Source: Macrostomum lignano (taxonomy: Eukaryota). Taken from it: a stretch of DNA of 64,000 nt. The stretch covers positions 116,665 through 180,664 of the forward strand of contig NIVC01002363.1 of assembly GCA_002269645.1 (NCBI GenBank). Direction: 5' to 3'. A program made the translations under genes and the position numbers. The notes beneath the pieces are model-generated. The model had not been told where the DNA came from. It worked only from the letters and a program-made list of their open reading frames with translations, and did no database searches. Below, piece by piece: positions 35,792-45,641 of this stretch. How positions within the stretch are numbered: position 1 is the first letter of the stretch; each line of letters opens with the position of its first letter.

Positions 35792-36780
35792 TGCTGGCTA
35801 AAAGTTGACAGAAGCCATGGCCATTAGGCCAAGTGATCAGAAACAACTTCGGCATTGCCTACATATATTTAGAGGGATAGCGACGTTTGCCAGCCGACAT
35901 TTGCCAGCCGACGTTTGCCAGCCGACGTTTGCCAGCGGTACATTTGCCAGCCGAAGTTTTCCTGCCGGACGTTTGCCTGCGGCACGTTTGCCAGACGACG
36001 TTTGCCTGCCGGAAGTTTGCCAGCTAAAATTTGCTAATCAATATAAAGCCAGTCAGTGAAAAACTTGATACTGAAATATTCCCAGTTTAGTCGTCTGGCA
36101 AACGTCGGCTGGCAAACGTCCCGCAGGCAAATGTTCGACAGGCAAACTTCGGCTGGCAAACGTCCCGCTGGCAAACGTCCCGCAGGCAAATGTCCGGCAG
36201 GCAAACTTCGGCTGGCAAACGTCCCGCAGGCAAATGTTCGACAGGCAAACTTCGGCTGGCAAACGTCCCGCTGGCAAACGTCCCGCAGGCAAATGTCCGG
36301 CAGGCAAACTTCGGCTGGCAAACGTCCCGCTGGCAAACGTCCCGCAGGCAAATGTCCGGCAGGCAAACGTCGGCTGGCAAACGTCGGCTGGTAAATGTCG
36401 GCTGGCAAACGTCCCACAGGCAAACCTCGGCTGGCAAACGTCCGCAGGCAAACGTCGGCTGCCAAACGTCGGCTGGCAAACGTCCCACAGGCAAACCTCG
36501 GCTGGCAAACGTCCCGCAGGCAAACGTCGGCTGCCAAACGTCGGCTGGCAAACGTCCCGCAGGCAAACGTCGCTTTCCTTCTAAATACATGTAGGCAATG
36601 CCGAAGTTGTTTCTGATCACTTGGCCTAATGGCCATGGCTTTTGTCAACTTTTGCCAGCAAACGTCGGCTGGCAAACGTCGGCTGGCAAATGTCGGCTGG
36701 CAAACGTCCCGCTGGCAAACGTCGGCTGGCAAACGTCGGCTGGCAAATGTCGGCTGGCAAACGTCCCGCAGGCAGACGTC
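35792..36780. mobile_element. Foldback-like element with minisatellite-built arms
   Basis: Unique ~90-bp block at 35792-35885 inverted at ~36565-36660; internal GGCTGGCAAACGTC subrepeats in opposite orientations. Confidence 0.7.
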
Positions 36781-37987
36781 GTAGACCCTTATATAGGTTA
36801 GCTCGTATTTTTAGTAAAATTTGGGTTGATGGTGGAGTCCCTTTCAAGTAATTTGAAGAATTGATTCAGAGACTACATCGTATCAGGTCGTATCAGGTTG
36901 ATTTTATACATGTATATAGCCACGCCGCGTGCATGCAAATGCGGTGGAACTCAGCCACAATCGATTTAAGCGATCGATCTGACCTGCTTATCTAACTAAT
37001 AAGCCTTTAAATGTTAAATTTTGGACTTTAGAAATGCACAGAGACTACACTTGGCCTTGAAGGCACGTGTTTTGTGAGTGCACTTGCGAGAGAGGGAAAG
37101 AGAGGACTTGGAGGGACAGACAGGGCGTCACCCTGTCTCGTCCTAGCCGCGGTCTGCAGGCCGAACTATAAATGAATAAACTATATGGAGAGAAGATTTT
37201 CTCCACTTCTGCTCCCTGCAGATGTAACACATCATTTCCGGTGGCTTCTGAAGGCCTCTCACCAACTTGAATGCCTGCTACCCTTCTGTCACGATCGACA
37301 GAGGCCTTAAATCAACAGAGACAAGGCTTTGTAATTTACAGTGTACTGTGGCTCACAGTTGGTCCAAACCAAACAGCAATAGCAAAGAGAGATCTTTTCT
37401 TTAGATAGTCAATATATTTATAGTCCATCCTGCGGACCGTCAAGGATTAGCTCTCCGAATGAGATTGAGAACAGACTCAGGGATCTGTGTACATGTTTTT
37501 TATTTTCAGCCTTTATATTGTTATTGAATGCGTGTGCCGCACAGGTTTAAACTGGTTAGCAACAAAGGAACCCGAACGGAGGAAATATTGATTAAAAATG
37601 AGTGACAGCGTTGCAGAAAAGTACTCAGAAGAATAATGAAAAATTTAGGTGGCGAACTAAGGTAAACCAAATAAATTTGCTAATTTAACGATGAAGGGCT
37701 ACATAAACGAGCAAACGTCAATACGGCTCGTACTTGGCCTTGATAAATGACCCAACATGTATTCGATGAATTAACTTCAAAGTGACAAACAAGTACTCGT
37801 ATGGAGTAAAATGGCTTTAAAGACTCAAAATCAACCTGACTCAATCGACTTCTTCACAGACTCGATCAATCTTTTCAGAAGCTTTTTTGAAACTCCAGCT
37901 GGATATACGTAAAATAGTTGGAAACGACAAAGAAGACAGGATTCTAGGTATAGGCTTCATCAGCAACTGTCATACCGTTTTGTCTTT

Positions 37988-39066
37988 ACAACAGCAACAA
38001 CAAAAATGCGCAGTTAGCATCACAGGGCGCGTCTAAGGTCGGCGCGTCTAAGGTGGCGAACGAACGCCAACGCCGGCCGAATCCGGGCCGCCAGCGTCAG
38101 CCAGCTAGCAGTCGACGAAAAGCCGAGAGCGCGCCTGTCCCCGCCGGTAGGGTGCCTGCAGTGTCGGCAGCAGCATCTCCTGCACAGGTAGTGGGCAGTA
38201 TGTCTCGGCGCGGATGATATGGCCTGCCAGCTGGAGTCACCGACGGCGCAGCAGGTCGCTTGGACGGAGCAGACCGGCCGGTTTTACAATGCTGCGTTGG
38301 TCACTCGCTCGTAGCCGATCTTGAAGACGTCCGCATCCAGGTTTCAGTGTTGTACAACAGGGCGGTTTCAACCACCGTCTGGAACAACGCCGCCCTCTAG
38401 CGGTCAGGTGGCCTCGGATTGCAGAACTGCCCTCGCAGAACGGAAGGCAGCCCAGGCAAGCCAGGAACCAGACCGCCGAGGCAGACAAACTGCTGACAAC
38501 ACGAGAGCTCCGCCACCTGTCCATCAGCGCATCGGTACAAAATCACAGCCTCGATGTCGTCCGGCACGCAGAGCACGACATTTTTCTGCATGTTGACCAC
38601 CAGGCCGACACCACCAGGTCGACCGCAACTAGTAGCTTGTCCAGTTGTCGCTGGGTGCCCTCGACAGTTGAGGACAGCAGGGTGAGATCGTCGACGTAGC
38701 CAAGCACGCTGAGCTATCTCTCCGGTTGACGTTGACCCACGCACCGCCGCAACAGAAAGCCGTCGTCGTTGGTAGGAAGAGCGATCCACACAACATCCAG
38801 TCAAGCACCAGAACGAATAGAACGGCGCAAGTGTATCTCCGAAGAGTACCCCGGAGGATGTCTCAAAGAAGTCCGATTTTTGTCTCAAAGAAGTTCGATA
38901 GGCCGTCCGGTGTTGAAACAGCAGCTTTCGTATCGTAGTACATCGCCATGATGGCGGAAATCAGCTGCTCTGGCACGTTGTATGCACGGAGCACCTTTGG
39001 AAGCACGGACCTGACGACCGAGTCGAACGCCTTCTTGAAATCTATGAAGAAGACAATCGGGATCAA
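37988..39066 (-). mobile_element. 5'-truncated, frameshifted RTE-like non-LTR retrotransposon
   Basis: FIDFKKAFDSV, SGVLFGDTLAPF, LGYVDDLTL, LLYNTETW, LQLAGHIIR..RRGQ; (TTG)n-like 3' tail at 37988-38006. Confidence 0.85.
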
Positions 39067-39082
39067 GCTCAATTAAATTTAG

Positions 39083-39462
39083 ACACGTGGCCTCAGGAGC
39101 TGCGAGCACTGATTGACCGAATCCAGCCTCCGCCACAGCCGAGGCAGCAGCAGCAGCAGAGACCATCCCAGCCGTCTTTTCGCTCTCCTTCGCAGCATGA
39201 GGCGCTGGCGGGGATTAGGGATTGGGATGCTTTCTACTCAACACAACATCAAGGAAGTTGGCGGTCAGCAATGGGTCAGCGCAGGGCTGCGCCATCTGCT
39301 GCTGAAGGTGGGGACGCTCTTGACTCACCACAACAGCAATGAAGTCGGCCGCCGGCAACATCAGGTCAGCAGAAGGACAAAATTCGCGACACAGAGAAGT
39401 CAGAGGGCCAGCAGAGCTCTAAAAGCAACGGATTTGAGTATCTCCCTGAAGACGAAGGATAA
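39083..39462 (+). pseudogene. Orphan paralog of the terminal exon of the TPR-HEPN-CCCH gene
   Basis: TTTAG acceptor; WPQELRALIDRIQP..QQQQQ..ATSGQQKDKIRD nearly identical to 60201-60553; in-frame TGA 39340-39342. Confidence 0.78.
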
Positions 39463-39819
39463 GCAATGCTTTAAAATGACTGTCTTTGCTGAATTTTTCC
39501 TGACTACTAAACTTGTACTTCCCCAAACTTCAGCGAATGAGTATTCAGTAAAGCCACTAATTCAAAATCAGGCGTCCAATTTAAGGTAGCTAGCTAATCG
39601 TTAGCTGCAGCTTAAGGGCAGCGCAGCTTTGTCTTAATAAAATTCAATAAAACACTGATTAATGACATCAACCAATACCTAACCAAAATGTACTTAGGAC
39701 TTGATCAGACCCGGATCTCCCACTGTATTCTATCAATCTGGTCGTTCTATATTCGTGCGTTGGATTAAATTTGGCATACAAAGTGAACAAAAGGCCAAGA
39801 AAAGCAAAATTCAATTGGG

Positions 39820-40035
39820 CCTGGCCATAGACTGCTGACACGTATTTATTCCCCAATTGGGCCCGGCCATAGACTGCAGACACGTATTTATTCCCCACTT
39901 GGGCCCGGCCATAGACTGCAGACACGTATTTATTCCCCACTTGGGCCCGGCCATAGACTGCTGACACGTATTTATTCCCCACTTGGGCCCGGCCATAGAC
40001 TGCAGACACGTATTTATTCCCCACTTGGGCGCAGC
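39820..40035. repeat. 42-bp tandem repeat (~5 copies)
   Basis: GGGCCCGGCCATAGACTGCAGACACGTATTTATTCCCCACTT; paralog at 60960-61130. Confidence 0.9.
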
Positions 40036-41999
40036 CATAGACCACACAGAAGTATTTTTGCCTAGCGCAATAAACCTCCAATGCTTAAATAATATTTTAC
40101 TTTTTTAACAGCTTTTTATCGGCTAGTCTATATTTACAAATATATATTTGTGATGCAATATTACGTAATAACCTTCAGTCCTCCACTATGTAGCAAGCGC
40201 CGCACAGTCTGTACTTAAATTTTTAGTTTTTTAGATTTTTAGATTTTTAAAAAGTTGTATTAAAGCACGAAAAAGTTACAATCTGGTTTTATTTTTTGAG
40301 TCTCCGGTTTACAGTTTGTACTTTTTTCGAAACTTTCGCTAGTCAAGCCAGTTTGTGGCAGTTTTTTAAAACCGTTGAAATTTGTTTTGATTTTTCCAGT
40401 CTGGTTTACAGTTTGTTTTTTTCTCGCGGTAGGTTTGTCAGTCAAGCCGTTTTTGGCAATCACTAACAATTAATTACGAGTAATCCATAACTGTGAAATA
40501 TCCTTTAACTCACTCCAAGCTTTAGCCCTTATTTATGGACTAATAGGTGTCAGGGTTAATAAGTGTTGCCTAACTGATTATGGCTGTGGATAATTTTATG
40601 CTACTATTATTATTATTATTATTTTGCTCGTATTATATCATAACTACTATTTCATGTCTAGTCAGTTATCCTCAAGATTTTAATATGCATACTAATTATT
40701 CATATAAACTAATATATCGATATATGAGGTTACCGCTATCCCCATCCGGATATGCCTGTCTCTGTCTACCTGTGTCGCAACGCTTATTGCGCAGCAGCCG
40801 AAAAAGCACTTCAACATACAGAGTCTAATATTGACGTCTTGAATTTTACTTTTAAAGCGACAGTATTAGTGTAAACCTCTAGACGAAGAATAAAAAATGC
40901 CTTAGTTAGAGATTGTGTTTGCTGAATTTTTACTGTCTACTAAAATTTTACTTGCACTTTAGGTTATTCGCCTAAATCTGTGGAATAGCTTCCCAAAATC
41001 TAAGCGAATGATTATCCAGTTAAGCCACTAAGTAATAATTCAGACGTCAAATTACAATAGCTAACTTTTTGGCAGTTTTTAAAACCGTTGAAATCTGTTT
41101 TGATTTTTCCGGGCTTTGGTTTGGTTTGCAGTTCATTGATTTTTTCGGTACTTTTGCAATTCTATAGCCAGTTTATGTTAGTTTTAAAACAGTTAAAATC
41201 TGTTTTCATTTTTCGAGTCTCTGCTTTACAGTTTTCCTTTTTCGGTACTTTTGCAATTCTAGCCAGTGTTTATGGCAGTTTTTAAACACTGCAGTTGAAA
41301 TTTGTTTTTAGCGCGTATTTTTAGTCTCTGGTTTACAGTTTGTTTTTTTCTCGCGGTAGGTTTGTTAGTCAAGCCATTTTTTGGCAGTTAGCTATTACCG
41401 GTTTATTAACCATAACTCATAACTGCAATATCCTGTGAACTCCCTCCACGCTTTAGCCCTTATGTATGCACTAATAGGTGGGCAGGGTTAATAAGTGTTG
41501 CTTCACTGATTATGGCTGTGGATAATTTTTGGCTACTAATATTTTTATCATCATATTAATTATAAACTAATATATCGATATAAGATTAACGCTATCCCCA
41601 TCTGGATATGTCTACCTGTGTCGCAACGCTTATTGCGCAGCCGAAAAAAGCTTCAACAGAGTCTAATATTGATGTCTTGAATATTACTTTTTAAGCAACA
41701 GTATTACTGTTGGTAGTACTACAGTAGCAGTAGTACTTCGCCCCTTCAACTGCACACACTTGTGCTTGCTGACCAACGTCAGCAAATGCATTCTGTTGGA
41801 ATGAGGTCCTTCCCAGCTGCTTCACAAGGATGTAGTGAATGTGTCGTCAGTGGAATGTCCATGCAAGATGTCTTCGAGCTATCGTAGATTCTCACTTTAA
41901 GATTTGCATCCAGTGCCTGTTCAACACGACGATGTCCTCTTGGTTCCATTGTCTCATAGCTCGTATTGGGACTATATAAATATCGGATTTTGAGCTCTA

Positions 42000-43745
42000 T
42001 ATCTTACAATTTCTCGTGCCAGATTCGCGCCAGTCGCCACAGCCTGATGAGCAGTGATGAATTGAGTTAGAAGCTGCTGACGAGACTATGGATGTGCCAT
42101 CATTTGATTTTGCCCACAGATACTAGAAGAACAACAATTGTTCTAGTATCTGTGATTTTGCCTATGAATTGGCCTTGTTTGTTCTGATGTTCAATCTGTC
42201 TCGTGCCGCGGTGGAGTACTTGCTTCGACTTCTTATTCGAATGGGTGTCAATGTTCCACCGTCTTTTTACCTATTGATGAAAGAAAGTAGGCAGTGTACG
42301 TGGCCCCTGTAGTGTCGCTATACCTGCGATGGTACTTTTTCTTACATGCATGTCCATTCGATAGCACATCAAGTTTTAGATAAATCGTTGCTTTGCCTTA
42401 ACGCACTGCGTGTTAAATCATCTGCCATTGCCATTGATGCCCTTATTAATATCGACGGATTGCCTCTTTGCAAGAGCATGCAGTTCTGCGTCTCTTCGGC
42501 CCATGCTAATCCAGTTTGAAAGCTCTCATATTTCCTCTTGCTTTGTTCTATGCGTTTGCTAAGCCAAAGGTCGATGAGTATCTGCATGTTCAGGCAGACT
42601 AGGTTTGAGTATAACGGTACGCTTTTTAAGCTCCGTCATCAAACGTTCTTTTGCGATGCTCCTGCGCGTGCTTTTATACAATATATCGCTGTTCATACCT
42701 CTGCTAACGGTGTGACTATTGCCGAGTCATCGCCAAGAAAGAAAACAGTCGGATGCATGGTTTTCCCTGTGTCCGTTTCTGCATCTAGAGAGGATGCTAA
42801 AAAAGAAGAAAATAACCAGTAAAGATTGTCGCCGCTTTGTAGCATTGCATCCCTGTTGACTGATTTCCCAGTAGACTATCAGCATTGCGTTTGTCTTGGA
42901 ATTTTTAGGCATCTGTGCCAGTTTCATTTTCAAAGAGTAAAGTCCTTTCGTCTTCGTTGTCGTATTTCCAGTGCTCAGCTAACTGCATTTTCTGACAGCA
43001 TCGCTGCTTGCAGTAAGTATTTTCCCTGTGAGTTCCATGCGCTCCGAGGCGATGGGACAAGGAGCTGAGCAACTATAAAGGAACTGAATTTCGCTCTCTC
43101 ATTCTTTACTGTGGCCCTTGTCTGTCCATGGTCCTATACTTGCCTGCCGATACTTTGAGCCTTTTCTCCTTCTACACTTTGCCTTTTTTGTCTTTACTTC
43201 CCATCAACTTAATCACTTGCACCAGCAGGCAGCCAGTGCCATTCAGTTGTTTGTTTTTCAGGCACGTGAGCTGTCTGGTTCTAGCTCAATTTTCTACAAT
43301 TTTCATATTCTTTTGTATCTTTTTGCATGACTTTGTCAAGCGTTATGGCCCCTTGGACAGTTTTTTTTTACTTTTTTGCTTTGTGAACTACCTGGTTAGT
43401 TTGAAGTGAAGACTCGGGCAAGTTCGAGGCATCTTCAGTCATGCAGTTGTGTCGGTAGGGATGCTGTGGCACTCAGAGAGTTGCATTCAGATAAGCGTAA
43501 TCAGTGGGAATTTTCCTATAAGACCTCTGCACCAGACAACTGCGCTATTGTAAATGGCATGTACGTTTTGATTGATTTCATTAATGGTGATGGAACTGTC
43601 ACTGGATCATCTCTCTTGTATTTCAGCGGGACTTGTATGTTTACCCGCATAGCTCTCGTATCCTTAATATTGGCGTTTACGCACTTTCGCGGTCCAGAAT
43701 TACGGGTGTACCACAGGGAAAGGCTATTACTTTTTCGAAGTTAGC
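42000..43745 (+). pseudogene. Decayed CMC (EnSpm/CACTA-like) transposase
   Basis: Fragments across frames: LFVLMFNLSRAAVEYLLRLL, NIDGLPLCKS, CDAPARAF, DYQHCVCLG, PCEF..KGTEFR..LYCGP, PDNC. Confidence 0.75.
42115..42154. mobile_element. 40-bp micro-transposon
   Basis: Perfect 14-bp TIR CACAGATACTAGAA; perfect 8-bp TSD ATTTTGCC (42107-42114, 42155-42162). Confidence 0.75.
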
Positions 43746-44040
43746 CAGAAATTTTCTTCAGGAGGGATAGGCCGTCCCTACGTAGAACTTTTCTTCAGGA
43801 GGGATAGGCCGCCCCTACATAGAACTTTTCTTCAGGAGGGATAGGCCGCCCCTACATAGAAATTTTCTTCAGGAGGGATAGGCCGCCCCTACATAGAAAT
43901 TTTCTTCAGGAGGGATAGGCCGCCCCTACATAGAAATTTTCTTCAGGAGGGATAGGCCGCCCCTACATAGAAATTTTCTTCAGGAGGGATAGGCCGTCCC
44001 TACGTAGAAATTTTCTTCAGAGAGAATAAGCCACCTCTAT
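43745..44040. repeat. 37-bp tandem repeat (~8 copies)
   Basis: GAAATTTTCTTCAGGAGGGATAGGCCGCCCCTACATA. Confidence 0.92.
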
Positions 44041-44149
44041 GGAGAAAAACAGACTTCAAAAAACATTTTTAGACTTTTCGGGAGGTGCAACGCCCGGATA
44101 GCCCCCTCTCTGTCGGGCTTGATGTTTCCTGTTTCTTTCTTCGGGTGGG

Positions 44150-44492
44150 TTTCACAACCGCTAAACTTCACAACCGCTAAATCATCTACTTTCAGTTAGC
44201 GCTAAGTTTCATAAACGCGAAAATTCACAACAGCTAAATTTTTTCCAGTCACTTTCACAAACGCGAAACTTCACAACCGCGAAACTTCACAAACGCGAAA
44301 CTTCACAACCGCTAAATGTCATCTACTTTCGCAACCGCGAAACTTCACAAACGCTAAAATTTTTGCACTTACTTTCACATACAACAGTCTTTTTAGCGGT
44401 TGTGAAGTTTAGCGTTTGTGAAGTTTAGTGTTTTGAAGTTTCGCGGTTGTGAAAGTAGGTGATTTAGCGGTTGTGAAATTTCGCGTTTGCGA
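44150..44492. repeat. Inverted array of TTCACAA(C/A)CGC(T/G)AAA subrepeats
   Basis: Forward copies 44150-44380, reverse-complement copies 44392-44492. Confidence 0.7.
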
Positions 44493-45641
44493 AAGCAACC
44501 TCTTTCTTCTAGTAATCTTTTGGCATTGTTCTGCGAATCTTCAAATTGTTTATATAGTGCCTTGCGTTGGAAATTGTATTGGTAAAGTTGATATTACGAC
44601 TGGCGACTCGTATAAACCACGCGTCGTACCCTATGGTTTTCAATGCACTGGATTCAAATAATTCAACCAATCGTGAAAAATCAGGGGCACCTGATTGATA
44701 CAGTTTTGAGGACAAATTGTTTTTCTTTTTTTTAAATTATCGAGTTTTCTTTTCTTCTAGTAGTAAAAGTAGAAAGTAGAGAGAGCGATTCAGTTGTACG
44801 ATATAAAATTGGTTTTTAATGCAGTATAAAACCCAAGGAGCTGCAGCTAGGGAAAGCAGCAATTGCTGTATGATGCACTTAAAAGCAGGCGGCTCGAGGC
44901 CGGCGCGAGCGCTACTAGCGCGATTGGAAAGCGGCTAGGCTTCGGCCCGTCTGCGATTTTCTGCTACACGTAGCGAGCGGCCCAGCAGCATTCCTCGGCG
45001 CATGCCGCCCGCAGCTGCCACGCCAACCGCTACGTAGTATGCTACCGTATGGCGTCTGCTTCTCCACAGCCCCACAATGGCATACCTCAACCATTGTGGG
45101 CTGGCCCGCGCTAGCGGGAGCCCACCCCACCGTGGGGCGGACCGCGCTGGAGGGTTATTCTTAGCGTGGGATGGACTCCGCTAGCTGGCGGCCATAAACT
45201 GCATCTGTCTCTGTGTCGCGGAGGTGGGCGGGTGTCTTTTGGAGGGGCTTTTATGTTTGCCCCGAGCAGCTCAGGCCCGGCTGCTTAGTTTCGCTCTTTA
45301 ACACGCAATTTTTTGCTTCGCTTTTATTTGTCCTTTTTATTCACCAAACCTATCGAAATTGAGAGCAATAAATATATTCGATTTATCACTGGATAACCTC
45401 CTTCCTGTCCTTCCTCGGCGTCGTTCGCTAAAAGTACGTTACTGCAATTGGGAAGAAAAAAGTGTTACCTATCCCCCTTTTCCAGTGTTCTTTTCCGAAA
45501 ATTTTTCTACAATATAGTCATGTTGTAAATTTCAGGCTACGAGCTTGCTAGGTTCCTGGCTAGGTTTCAGTCACTAGCAGCTCAGAATTCAGAGACGATT
45601 GCACTCGGATTATCGACTACTCGGTCGCTGAGACCTGCTGA

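Noticed and set aside
35805-36851. Cluster of overlapping 70-230 aa ORFs
   Set aside because: Products of the foldback minisatellite.
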